Assembly: GCA_020854825.1 (NCBI GenBank)
Contig: JAHKLY010000002.1
Coordinates: 112,291-176,290, forward strand
Source: Candidatus Micrarchaeota archaeon
GTDB taxonomy: Archaea > Micrarchaeota > Micrarchaeia > Anstonellales > JAHKLY01
DNA: 64,000 bases
Direction: 5' to 3'
The position numbers and the translations under genes are program-made. The notes beneath the pieces were generated by a model. The model was not told the origin of the DNA. It saw only the letters and a list, made by a program, of their open reading frames with translations, and searched no databases. Positions within the stretch are counted from its first letter, which is position 1. Each line of letters begins with the position of its first letter. Shown in pieces: positions 35,792-46,039 of the stretch.

Positions 35792-38700
35792 TTAATCTTC
35801 GTGTTTTGGGCAGTAAAATTTATACCCGCAATTTCTACAAGGCCAATCATCTATAGTAGGTGTAAACGTATGTTCATAATCGTTAACTATATTTTTAGCG
35901 CAATCAATTAGCGCAGTTCTAATGTCATTAATATTAAATCCGTTAGTTGCGCCTTCAAATGATACTTCTCCATTATCATCTATAATCCCAGTAATTGGTT
36001 TATCAAGTCCAAGCATTTCTAATGTAATTTTCTTAGGTTTATATCCCATTTCAGTTAAAGCAACTGCATAAAATCCTAACTGCCATGCACGTTGTGTAGA
36101 AGTAGGTGCAACGCCTGTTTTATAATCAACTATTTCAACCTCTTTTTTATCTAAATTTAAAAAATCTATTCTATCTGCTTTTCCATAAAATCTGAAACCT
36201 TCTAATTCAAATGAGAGTTCAACTTCAACTTTAGAATTCTCGTCATATTTATCTTTATTTCTTTCCCAAAAAATTGTTAACATATCTTTAACTTCATTTA
36301 TATCAATTTCTTTCCAATTTGGCTCTTTACTCATATCTTCGGCAATACTAAAAAACTCTTCTTTAGTTCTTACATTTCTATCAACACCTTTTTCAAGAAC
36401 TTCATGCACAAAAGAACCTACTGATGCTCTATTAAAATCAAATCCTCCTCTTTCAGGCATATGAAATAACTTACTAAATTCATATTTTTTAGGACATTCT
36501 AAATATGTCATTGTAGCTGTAGGACTAAACGTAAATGAAGAAGGAGTAAATTTAAGTCCTGAAGAACAGGTTTCACACATTTTAAGCTGTTCTTTCATCT
36601 CATCTTTATCAATTAATGTATTTAAATCAACTGATAAATCAATTATTCTGCCTTCTCTCATTGTATAATAATTCGCAAGTCTAGACATTAATGAATCTAA
36701 ATTCTCACTATCTAATGCTTTAATAAATTGGTCTTTTAATTTATATTTAAACTGTTCGTATTCAGACACTGGAGCTAAGAAAGTATATCTTTCTTCTTCA
36801 TCAACAGTAAATTCAATATCATTATTTTCCAAATAATTCATTTCATCTAAAAATATAGATTGTTGTGTTGAGTCTTCATCATTATTATAAGATCTAGCAT
36901 ATGTTAAAACTAATTCTTCTTTAGTTCTTGTTAATGCAACATAACATAATCTTCTTTCTTCTAATAATAAACTATCTTTTTCATATTCTTTAATAGCTTT
37001 TTCAATATCAACATCTCCTAATGTATTAATATATTCTTTAATTGCTGGATTAAGAACTTTAGGTATTAAAGGTTCTTTATATGTTCTTTCAACAGGAAAT
37101 CTTTTGTATGCAAGATTAGTAAAAATTACTTTCTTAAATTGTAAACCCTTAGTTGCGTGAATAGTCATTAATCTAACTGCATCAATATCCTTAACTTTTG
37201 ATGCAGGAATACTAACATTTAACTTATCTAAAATTTCAATATAATGTATAAAAGAACTTAATTTTTTAGAATGTGTGTTATAATAATTCTCGGCTATATC
37301 ATAAAACTGTTTAAGATTCATTAATGCTTCAGTATTTTTAATATTTCTTTCATGTGAAAAAGCACGGCTTAATCCTGTAAATTCATATATATCTAAAATA
37401 ATTTCTGGAAAAGGTTTATCTGATGAATCATTAACTTTTTGTAATCCATCAACAACTCGTTTAACAATTTTTTTACCTTCCTCAGATAACTCAAGATTAG
37501 TTAAATTATAGAGCATTGTATAATCTACAGATTCATCTCTTTTTTTCTTCAAATACCTCCCTATTTTTATACTATCTTTAGGAGATAAATTATTTTTTTT
37601 AGTAAATAAACTCCACCATGACTGTTCTCCAGTACCTGTTCGTTCAATTAAATTATTAAGTATTGATAAATAAGCAACAACTGTTTTTATTTCAGATTTT
37701 TCCATCATATCTGTTTGTCCTACTGAGACAAACAAAATATTTCTTGCTTCTAATGCTTTTTTCATAAGCTTTGCTTGTTTGTGTGTTCTGCATAATACAC
37801 AAATTTCTTTTAATGGAGTTCCTTTTTTAATTTCTTCTTCTACTAATTCTGCAACCTTACATGCTTCTTCATCTTTATTTTTTAATTCAATTACTTTTAC
37901 TTTTTCTCCTTCTTTTTCTTGAGCGTTTTCAATTAAAAAACAAGTATCTGTATCATCAAAATTATTTTTAATTAATGTATGTGCTGTCCTAAGAACAGTA
38001 TTGGGAGATCTATGACTTTTATTTAATTTAAAAATATTAGTTGTTTCTAAATTAAATTCTTGTTTAAAATGTTTAAAATTATCCATATATGCTCCTCTAA
38101 ATGCATATATAGATTGATTAGGATCACCAACAACTGTTATATTCCCATGATCTTTTGCTAAAAAAGAAATTAATTCAAATTGAAGTTTATTTGTATCTTG
38201 AAATTCATCAATTAGAATATATTTATATTTTTTTGCGACTTCTTCAGCACCAAAAGTTCTAAATAATGAAACAACATTTGAATTAAGATCAGAATAATCC
38301 AAATAATTTTTTTCTTTTTTCATATCTACATATCTTTTCCAAGCAGAAACAAAATTTGAATATTTTTCATATTCATTATAATTATCTAAATATTTTTTTA
38401 TCTCTCGTTTTCTATCTCTTAATATTTTTCTCTGTTCTTTTGTATCTGAAGGTTCTAGGTGAAGTAATTTTATTTCAACATTAAGTTCTCTAATATATTC
38501 TTCTAAATTTCCTATGTCTTTGAACTCCTTACCAATTTCTTCAGTATACTTTTCTATATCTTCTAAAGAAATACCAAAATCTTTTGCTGTTGAAATTGAA
38601 GATTCATATAAATCTGCATTATATGCAGATACATCTAAATCTTTATGTAAAAATACTTTTGCGTCATCAGGTAATAGAATCTCAAAACCTGAATTTATCC

Positions 38701-39004
38701 CTATTTTATCCCCAAATTCTTTAAGAACATCTGCTGAAAATCCATGAAAGGTTCTAATAGTAATATTTGTTCTTTGTTTTAATTCTTTTTCAACTTCTTC
38801 TTTTAGATTATTTGTAGCTTCATTTGAAAATGTAAGACATAAAATTTCAGATGGATCATAAATATTATTTTTAATCAAATGTGCTATTTTTTTAGTTAAA
38901 GTAAAGGTTTTTCCTGTTCCTGGACCTGCAATTATTAAACAAGGTCCTTTTGTTTCTTCAACAGCTTTTTTTTGTTCAACATTTAACTCTTTTTTAATAT
39001 CCAT
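35792..39004 (-). CDS. UvrD/PcrA-family helicase fused to a PD-(D/E)XK (AddB/Cas4-like) nuclease
   Basis: AGPGTGKT, TFH, DEFQD, VGDPNQSIYAFRGA, MTIHATKGLQF, EERRL.YVALTR; nuclease part C-PKKY, ADRID, VDYKTG, QL.FY, CxxCxxxxxC. Confidence 0.93.
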   Translation of the reverse strand: MDIKKELNVEQKKAVEETKGPCLIIAGPGTGKTFTLTKKIAHLIKNNIYDPSEILCLTFSNEATNNLKEEVEKELKQRTNITIRTFHGFSADVLKEFGDKIGINSGFEILLPDDAKVFLHKDLDVSAYNADLYESSISTAKDFGISLEDIEKYTEEIGKEFKDIGNLEEYIRELNVEIKLLHLEPSDTKEQRKILRDRKREIKKYLDNYNEYEKYSNFVSAWKRYVDMKKEKNYLDYSDLNSNVVSLFRTFGAEEVAKKYKYILIDEFQDTNKLQFELISFLAKDHGNITVVGDPNQSIYAFRGAYMDNFKHFKQEFNLETTNIFKLNKSHRSPNTVLRTAHTLIKNNFDDTDTCFLIENAQEKEGEKVKVIELKNKDEEACKVAELVEEEIKKGTPLKEICVLCRTHKQAKLMKKALEARNILFVSVGQTDMMEKSEIKTVVAYLSILNNLIERTGTGEQSWWSLFTKKNNLSPKDSIKIGRYLKKKRDESVDYTMLYNLTNLELSEEGKKIVKRVVDGLQKVNDSSDKPFPEIILDIYEFTGLSRAFSHERNIKNTEALMNLKQFYDIAENYYNTHSKKLSSFIHYIEILDKLNVSIPASKVKDIDAVRLMTIHATKGLQFKKVIFTNLAYKRFPVERTYKEPLIPKVLNPAIKEYINTLGDVDIEKAIKEYEKDSLLLEERRLCYVALTRTKEELVLTYARSYNNDEDSTQQSIFLDEMNYLENNDIEFTVDEEERYTFLAPVSEYEQFKYKLKDQFIKALDSENLDSLMSRLANYYTMREGRIIDLSVDLNTLIDKDEMKEQLKMCETCSSGLKFTPSSFTFSPTATMTYLECPKKYEFSKLFHMPERGGFDFNRASVGSFVHEVLEKGVDRNVRTKEEFFSIAEDMSKEPNWKEIDINEVKDMLTIFWERNKDKYDENSKVEVELSFELEGFRFYGKADRIDFLNLDKKEVEIVDYKTGVAPTSTQRAWQLGFYAVALTEMGYKPKKITLEMLGLDKPITGIIDDNGEVSFEGATNGFNINDIRTALIDCAKNIVNDYEHTFTPTIDDWPCRNCGYKFYCPKHED

Positions 39005-39066
39005 AATATAAATATATTTAATATGTTTTTAAACCCTTCTTAAGAGTACATTTCCGGATGAGATAA

Positions 39067-39740
39067 TTAATTACTCCAAGTATCTGAAATTTCATCATAT
39101 CCCATACTAAAATAATTTTCTCCTTCATCTAAATTTACATAACAATGTAAAAGCTTCTTACCATCCATCATATGAGTATACTGATTATGTTGTGACATTT
39201 CTCCTGTATCTTTACAAACATTTGTTTCTAACATAAATGATACATGGTCTCTGTTATCATAATGCTGTTTTAATGTATTATAATAATTAAAAGCTAAATT
39301 TCCATCTGTTGTTCTTAAAGTTAACTTATACATATAATCTTCCCAGGTTTTACTTGATGGATTAACAAAACTTAAGGTAGGCAAATTACATCAAAATAAT
39401 GTTTTCCTTCATCTACATTTTGAGTTAAATATAAATATTTTACATTTGCATTTGAGGTCCAAAAACTTGCTTTAAAATCAGTTCTTGCTAATGCCACTTC
39501 TTGTTCATTCATTATTGAATCCTCCATGGGTGGAATTCCTTCTTCAAATATCTCTTCATGAAATTCTTCATTCATTTCCTCTTCAAAAATTTCTTCATCA
39601 GATTCAGCATAAATCATATCTTCTGGATATATTTCTTCTAATACATCATAATAACTAAATAATTCTGAAAATACAAACGAAGAAAATATAAATAATATTA
39701 AAATCATAATAAAACTGATATAAATCTTATTTAAATTCAT
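39067..39740 (-). pseudogene. frameshifted exported protein gene (ORFs 39372-39740 and 39067-39384)
   Basis: Overlapping ORFs; adding one T in ATTTG near 39385 gives continuous ...HYFDVILPTLSFVNP...; signal peptide and acidic repeat at the N-terminus. Confidence 0.5.
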
Positions 39741-39826
39741 TAAATCTCCCCCTATTTAATTTTAATTTAATAAATAACAAACCAAAACTTTTTATTTGTT
39801 CTGTGCTTATTTTAACTGGTGATATA

Positions 39827-40525
39827 TTGGCAGAAGAAGAAAATTTGCGCAAAAGACCAAGTTCTTCATTAGGTGGAACTACTATCGAGCCTTATGAAGA
39901 AAAAAAAGAATTTCCTAAAGGAAAACCTCCTGCATATCCATATGAAGAAAAAACTGAAGAAAAAATAGAAAAAATAAAAAAGAAAATAGAAAAAATAAAG
40001 GAAAAACCAAAGCCGCACCAAATTCATGAAAAACACGAAAAAAAATTTACAACTAATATTTTACCTATCTTAGCAATCATCTTATCATTAATAGCAATAT
40101 CTTTAGTATTAACCCAAGGAATAGACAAAAACGAATTAAAGGGAATTGCAAGCGACTTAAGAGCATTAAATAATAAACAAATTTCAATTAATATACCAAT
40201 TGAATCAAATTTAACTTTTAATGATATACCCTCAAATCAATTATTTAATGGAAAACAAATAATTCCAGTATATTTTGAAATACCTATAACACAAACAATG
40301 AAAGGAAAAGATATAAGGACGGGTATATTAATGGAAGTTGAAATAAATGATAATATACTAGTACAAGGAGACATCACTATTGATTTAACAAATTCAAATG
40401 TATCTTTACAGTTAAACAAACCTGCAAAAGCAGTTGGAGAAACAACTTCAATAATACTTGTCAGAGACGTTTATGGAAATGAAATTTCTTCAATTGCTGA
40501 AAGATTAGATAGATTATCAGAATAA
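39827..40525 (+). CDS. hypothetical single-pass membrane protein
   Basis: TTG start after SD GGTGA; charged N-terminus, one TM, beta-rich C-domain. Confidence 0.7.
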   Translation: MAEEENLRKRPSSSLGGTTIEPYEEKKEFPKGKPPAYPYEEKTEEKIEKIKKKIEKIKEKPKPHQIHEKHEKKFTTNILPILAIILSLIAISLVLTQGIDKNELKGIASDLRALNNKQISINIPIESNLTFNDIPSNQLFNGKQIIPVYFEIPITQTMKGKDIRTGILMEVEINDNILVQGDITIDLTNSNVSLQLNKPAKAVGETTSIILVRDVYGNEISSIAERLDRLSE

Positions 40526-41451
40526 ATAATCTGATACTCAAAAATATTTACTATCTCTCCTTTATCTACTAATAAAGTTAATTTAACTTGTATACTTTCA
40601 TTAAGTTCGTGTAATTTAGAAGACTGCACTACAAAATCCATAGGGATATATATCCCTTCTTGTTTAGAAGGTAAAAGTAATACATTCACTGTTTGACTTG
40701 TTTTTATTGAATACTCATATCCTTCCAATTCATTGATAATCTCTTCATACTCTTCTTTTGGATTAATTAATTCAAAAACCGCAGAAGAATCAATAAAAGA
40801 TACATTATATTTGTCTTCCAAAACTCCTTGTTTTTCAACATCTTCTAAATTTAAAGTTAGTTTAGTATTTTTGATTTGTTTAACCTCTGCATCTAGCGTG
40901 ATTTCTGTTAAATGGGGAGCTAATTCAAAACCTACTAACTGAATAATTTTTTCGTATTGAACATACGCTGCAAATTCAATTGTAATGTTATCTCCGATAT
41001 TGTATATTGGTGCAGTTTTAATTACTACATATACATCTTCTGCTTCTACTTCTCCAATTTTTTCAGGGAATTTAAGATTTACTCCAGTAATTACTGAATA
41101 TCCATTTTCAATAAGAAGGTCAGAAACATTTTTTGTATATTGGCTACTTTTTAGATTGAATATTGTTTCATTATTACTAATATATGTTTCAGAATCTAAC
41201 CAATCATTATCTTTTAATTGTTCTTTAATTTGTTTTAATTCACCAATATTTCCAGAAACTGTTATTGAACTTGAATAACTCGAAACAGTGACTTGTGTTT
41301 CACCTTGAATTACATATATTTCTTTTGAAACTTCTTTTTTTGGAGTACTGCTTTCTCTAATACCTTGTAAAAAAGGCATTGCAATCATTTGTAAAACAAA
41401 AATTCCAATTATTGCTAATACTGCTATCTTTAATAATAATTTTTTATCCAT
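40471..41451 (-). CDS. hypothetical membrane-anchored protein
   Basis: N-terminal TM, acidic beta-rich remainder; SD AGGTGA. Confidence 0.7.
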   Translation of the reverse strand: MDKKLLLKIAVLAIIGIFVLQMIAMPFLQGIRESSTPKKEVSKEIYVIQGETQVTVSSYSSSITVSGNIGELKQIKEQLKDNDWLDSETYISNNETIFNLKSSQYTKNVSDLLIENGYSVITGVNLKFPEKIGEVEAEDVYVVIKTAPIYNIGDNITIEFAAYVQYEKIIQLVGFELAPHLTEITLDAEVKQIKNTKLTLNLEDVEKQGVLEDKYNVSFIDSSAVFELINPKEEYEEIINELEGYEYSIKTSQTVNVLLLPSKQEGIYIPMDFVVQSSKLHELNESIQVKLTLLVDKGEIVNIFEYQIIYSDNLSNLSAIEEISFP

Positions 41452-41526
41452 ACATATATTCACCTTAAAAACTTAATGTTTTAATATATAATAAAATACT
41501 TTTAAATATCTATAGGAGGTTTTAAA

Positions 41527-42114
41527 ATGGATGAAAAAGACATCATACAAATAACGTATACAACAAAAGATGCGGATACAAAAGAGATAATAGAAGATAG
41601 AAAGGAACCCTTATTATTACAATTAAAAAATAGTAATTTACCGGATAAAGTTAAAGATACATTAAAAAACATGAAACAAGGAGAAGACAAAGAAGTTTTT
41701 GCTGAAAAACCATTTGGAGAAAGACAAAAAGATTTAATCAATGTAGTTTCATTAAAACAATTTACATCTAATAAAATTAATCCGTTTCCTGGCTTAATTG
41801 TTGATTTAGACGGTCATAGAGCATTAGTTAAAGCAGTTAGTGGCGGAAGAGTAGTTGTTGATTTTAATCATCTATTGGCTGGTAAAAATCTATTATATAA
41901 TCTAAACGTACTTAAAGTTATAGAAAAAGATAAAGAAAAAATAGAAGCATTAGTTGAATCTCAAGATATGAAAGGAGAAATTGACATTAAAGAAAAAAAA
42001 GGTACTATTAAATTGACTGATAAAGGAGATGTAAAAACAGCTACCCAACGAAAAAATGCATTGTTTATTGCACTTAAACAATTCTTACCAGAATTAGAAA
42101 TCAAATTAGAGTAG
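41527..42114 (+). CDS. FKBP-type peptidyl-prolyl isomerase (SlyD/long archaeal FKBP)
   Basis: PFGER..DLI, P.PG..V..DG, V..VSGGRVVVDFNH.LAGK.L.Y. Confidence 0.9.
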   Translation: MDEKDIIQITYTTKDADTKEIIEDRKEPLLLQLKNSNLPDKVKDTLKNMKQGEDKEVFAEKPFGERQKDLINVVSLKQFTSNKINPFPGLIVDLDGHRALVKAVSGGRVVVDFNHLLAGKNLLYNLNVLKVIEKDKEKIEALVESQDMKGEIDIKEKKGTIKLTDKGDVKTATQRKNALFIALKQFLPELEIKLE

Positions 42115-42120
42115 GTACAT

Positions 42121-42834
42121 ATGTTTGATATTGAAAACGTAAATAATACTAATTACTTGTCTCTAATAAAAACAATGCAAGAAAAAGATAAGATTATTTT
42201 AGAAAAATCAAAAGAGGATGAAGATTCTCTTTTATTTTCTTCTTTTGAAAATGGGTTTGAATCTATAGATTATATACTACTTGAACCAAGAACTGCATTT
42301 GCAACACCTGTAAAATATTTTCAAAATTTATATATAAATACTGAAAAATGGCCATTTATATGGAGACATAATTCAACAAGAGCAATTGGATTTAAAAAGT
42401 CTAATATTTTTTTAATTTCAAAACACATGTATGCAGATGAAAGTGGTTTTTCACATTATTTATTTTTAAAATTTAGTAAAGATGAAATAAAAGTACAAAA
42501 AGATTTAAATTTAAGTTTAAGTTTTGACGGAGATAAAGAAGTTTTTGATCTAAAAACAGGAGAAACTAAAAAAATTTATATACAATTTAATTTTATCCAA
42601 AAACCATTTCATAAAACTCAAAAACAAAGAGCACAACATACTGCCATGTATAAAAATGCTTATAGGGGGGGAAACATAACCCAAGCTGCTTCTAAATTTG
42701 AGGACTATATAGTAACTGTCCCTCATTTTTCACCTCATCCATATTTATTATTAAATGGGTTTGAAAAATTAGGGTTTGAAAAACGCTCTGATATGCAAAA
42801 AGCTGTTTTTGATTATTTATTAACAAAATTATAA
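42121..42834 (+). CDS. hypothetical protein
   Basis: 237-aa ORF in operon; C-terminal YIVTVPHFSPHP motif. Confidence 0.7.
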   Translation: MFDIENVNNTNYLSLIKTMQEKDKIILEKSKEDEDSLLFSSFENGFESIDYILLEPRTAFATPVKYFQNLYINTEKWPFIWRHNSTRAIGFKKSNIFLISKHMYADESGFSHYLFLKFSKDEIKVQKDLNLSLSFDGDKEVFDLKTGETKKIYIQFNFIQKPFHKTQKQRAQHTAMYKNAYRGGNITQAASKFEDYIVTVPHFSPHPYLLLNGFEKLGFEKRSDMQKAVFDYLLTKL

Positions 42835-42879
42835 ATCCAAGGGACAGATTTATAAATAAATTCCTTGTAATTAAAACAT

Positions 42880-44544
42880 ATGGTAGAAGAAGAGCTTAAG
42901 AACAAAGGAACACCTGATGCAAAAAATTATTATCACAAAGGAAACGTTTATTTTGAAAAAGGGAATTATGAAAAAGCTATTGAAAATTATAATATGGCCA
43001 TAATTCTAAACCCTAATTTTTCAGAAGCATATTTTTCAAGAGGGCTAGCATATTATAATTTAAAAGACTTCACTAAATCTGCAAGAGATTATACTAAATC
43101 TATGGAACTAGACCCTAATAATCCTGTTATATACAATAACAGAGGAGATGCATATTACAGAAAACAAGAATTTGATAAAGCAATAAAAGATTATGATAAA
43201 GCACTTTCATTAAATCCAAGATATTTAAAAGCATACTACAATAGAGGATTAGCATATGCATGTAAACAAAATTATGAAACAGCTATTGAAGATTTTAATA
43301 AAGTAATAGAATTAAATCCAAACTTTGCAGAAGCATATCATGTACGAGGATTAGCATATGATTATATGAATCAAATGGATAAAGCTATGCAAGATTATGA
43401 TAAAGCAATAGAATTAAACCCCAATTTTACTGAAGCTAAACAACACAGAGAATTAGCAAAAAGTAAAGCAGAAGGAGGAGAATATGAAACTTCCTCAATT
43501 GGAGGAGGAGAAAAAGGAAAAGGAGTAAATGCAGCTAAATTATTAGAAAAACCTAACATGTCTTTTGATGATGTTGCGGGCATGAAACAATTAAAAGAAA
43601 CAATTAGAGAAAATATTGTTTATCCTATGATGAAACCTGACTTAGCTAGAAAATATGGTAGGCTAGGGGGCGGGGGATTAATGCTTTATGGCCCTCCAGG
43701 TTGTGGTAAAACATTTATATTAAAAGCAGCAGCAGGAGAATGTAAAGCATCATTTATGAATGTAAAATTATCAGATGTTTTAGACCAATATGTTGGGGGA
43801 ACTGAAAAAAATATACATAATATTTTTGAAATGGCAAGAAAAAATGCACCTTGTATCTTGTTTGTAGATGAAATAGATGCACTAGGAGGAAGAAGAGATA
43901 AAATGGGAGAAAGCGGCCAATATATGAAAGCAGCTGTTAATCAATTATTATATGAAATGGATGGAGTAGAAGCAAATAATGAGGATGTACTTGTAATAGG
44001 AGCAACAAACGCACCTTGGGATGTTGATCCTGCATTAAGAAGATCTGGAAGATTAGGTAAAACTATTTATGTAGGTGAACCAGACTTTACTTCTAGAAAA
44101 GCAATATTAAAAATTCATGCAAAAAAAAGACCATTGGGTAGGGCAGTTGGTTGGAATAGATTAGCAATAGCAACTTGTGGATATGCATCTGCAGATTTAA
44201 AGGCAATTGTTGATGATGCATGTGCAATTCCTTGGAGAGAAGCTTTCCATAAAGGAAATGAAAGAAATGTAGGAATGAACGATTTCTTAAAAGCAGTAAA
44301 AAAGAAAAAATCTTCTCTACCCCCTTGGTATGCACAAGCAAATAAACAGATTGGACAACAAGAAGAAAAAACAATTGTAGATGGAAAAGAACATTTGAAG
44401 ATAACAGAAAGTAAGATGGGACCTGCAGAAAAAGCGGCATTTAAAGAATTATTAGATGTTATAAAAAAGAATAATAAGTGGTACTACAAAATATATCGGT
44501 GGATAGTAAAATACTTTGGATTATATTTCCCCATTCCAATATAG
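42880..44544 (+). CDS. TPR-repeat plus single AAA+ ATPase (Vps4/Cdc48-like)
   Basis: About 5 canonical TPRs (AY.NRG.AY...AI.DY.KA.ELNP), then GPPGCGKT, YVG pore loop, FVDEID, ATNAPW.VDPALRRSGR. Confidence 0.92.
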   Translation: MVEEELKNKGTPDAKNYYHKGNVYFEKGNYEKAIENYNMAIILNPNFSEAYFSRGLAYYNLKDFTKSARDYTKSMELDPNNPVIYNNRGDAYYRKQEFDKAIKDYDKALSLNPRYLKAYYNRGLAYACKQNYETAIEDFNKVIELNPNFAEAYHVRGLAYDYMNQMDKAMQDYDKAIELNPNFTEAKQHRELAKSKAEGGEYETSSIGGGEKGKGVNAAKLLEKPNMSFDDVAGMKQLKETIRENIVYPMMKPDLARKYGRLGGGGLMLYGPPGCGKTFILKAAAGECKASFMNVKLSDVLDQYVGGTEKNIHNIFEMARKNAPCILFVDEIDALGGRRDKMGESGQYMKAAVNQLLYEMDGVEANNEDVLVIGATNAPWDVDPALRRSGRLGKTIYVGEPDFTSRKAILKIHAKKRPLGRAVGWNRLAIATCGYASADLKAIVDDACAIPWREAFHKGNERNVGMNDFLKAVKKKKSSLPPWYAQANKQIGQQEEKTIVDGKEHLKITESKMGPAEKAAFKELLDVIKKNNKWYYKIYRWIVKYFGLYFPIPI

Positions 44545-44554
44545 GAGAGATCAA

Positions 44555-46039
44555 ATGACATTTAAAAATATAATACTCACAATCTTTCTCTTAATTCTAT
44601 TTATCCCAATACATTATGCATTATTAAATATTCCCGTCAATCAAATAGATGAAAGTTTAAATGCATCTGTATTAATTAAAGAAAAAGAATTTACTAAACC
44701 AATAGAAGAAATAACAATATTAGCAACTATTGAAAATCCAGTAAATAAACGATTTGTTTTATATTTATTAAAAAAAGAAGATATTGAATATAAACCTATC
44801 CAAACAATGGGAATTGCCGAACCTTATTCTATAATTAATTTAAATATAACTATTAAAACCGAATATTTGGGAACTCCTTATAAAAATAATACTTATGCTT
44901 TAGTACTATCAGACGAAGCAGGAATAATTAAAGGAAAAACTTTTTTATTACAAGAAGACTGGTCAAAATATGAATCAAATACTGCAGAAACAATTGCAAA
45001 AGCGCATATACTTTTAGTCCCTGCAATATCTTTAATTTCAATATTAATTCTAATGATATTAATAGAATCTGCATTTCATAGACATATTAAAGGACTATTA
45101 GTTAATGAATATACCTTAAATTCATTATTTTTTCCAAAATTAAAAGATAGACCTTATGAAGAAAAAATAGCAAGTATAATGATGAATCCAATATTTTGGA
45201 TTTTTGAACTATTATTAGTAGGAGTATTATTTTATTTTATATTTAATTCCATAAATAATAAATTAAGTTTTGATATTACGGCACAATTATTTGCAATATC
45301 TGGTTTATCTGCGTTTTTATTTCCCTTAATCTACTTAGGATTGGTTTGGTTTTTAGAAATGAAACCTTTGAGATTTTTATGGTCATTATTTCTTTTTGGT
45401 TCAGTATCTGCATTATTTGCATTTATTTTGAATACTCTCATAGGAGAATTTATATTATCTACTTTCTTTTCAACATTAGCAAGTGGTTCTTTAATTTTAG
45501 TAAGTGCTGCTTTAATCGCACCAATAATTGAAGAATCTGTAAAAGGATTAGGATTATTAGTAATGTCAGGACACCATGAATATGATGATATACTTGCTGG
45601 TTTATTCTTTGGTTTTGCAATAGGAGTCGGATTCTCATTTGTTGAAAACTGGTTTTATTTTGCATCAAAGACTAATCCTTTTGAAATAGGATTTTTAGCA
45701 TGGATTCAATTAATTATATATAGATCCTTCTTTAATTCATTAGCACACGGTGCAATAACTGGAACGGGGGGTGCAATAATTGGATATTTAAAATCTTACA
45801 CTCCTGCCAGAAAGTATATACGACTAGGATTTTTAGCTGCTTTATTAATAGCTATACCCTTACATTCATTATTTAATATTACTGCATTATTAGATGGAAA
45901 TATAAAATCAATTGATTTATCTTTAGGATTACCTTTTGTGTTTAATCCATTATTCGTTGTTTTTTTAACAATAATATTTGTTTGTATTTATTTTATAGGA
46001 ACAAGTAATAGATTAAAAAGTATGGTGAATTCAAGATGA
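44555..46039 (+). CDS. PrsW-family intramembrane glutamic protease with N-terminal exported domain
   Basis: APIIEESVKG, GFSFVEN..Y, R.....AHG, LHSLFN; multiple TMs. Confidence 0.88.
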   Translation: MTFKNIILTIFLLILFIPIHYALLNIPVNQIDESLNASVLIKEKEFTKPIEEITILATIENPVNKRFVLYLLKKEDIEYKPIQTMGIAEPYSIINLNITIKTEYLGTPYKNNTYALVLSDEAGIIKGKTFLLQEDWSKYESNTAETIAKAHILLVPAISLISILILMILIESAFHRHIKGLLVNEYTLNSLFFPKLKDRPYEEKIASIMMNPIFWIFELLLVGVLFYFIFNSINNKLSFDITAQLFAISGLSAFLFPLIYLGLVWFLEMKPLRFLWSLFLFGSVSALFAFILNTLIGEFILSTFFSTLASGSLILVSAALIAPIIEESVKGLGLLVMSGHHEYDDILAGLFFGFAIGVGFSFVENWFYFASKTNPFEIGFLAWIQLIIYRSFFNSLAHGAITGTGGAIIGYLKSYTPARKYIRLGFLAALLIAIPLHSLFNITALLDGNIKSIDLSLGLPFVFNPLFVVFLTIIFVCIYFIGTSNRLKSMVNSR

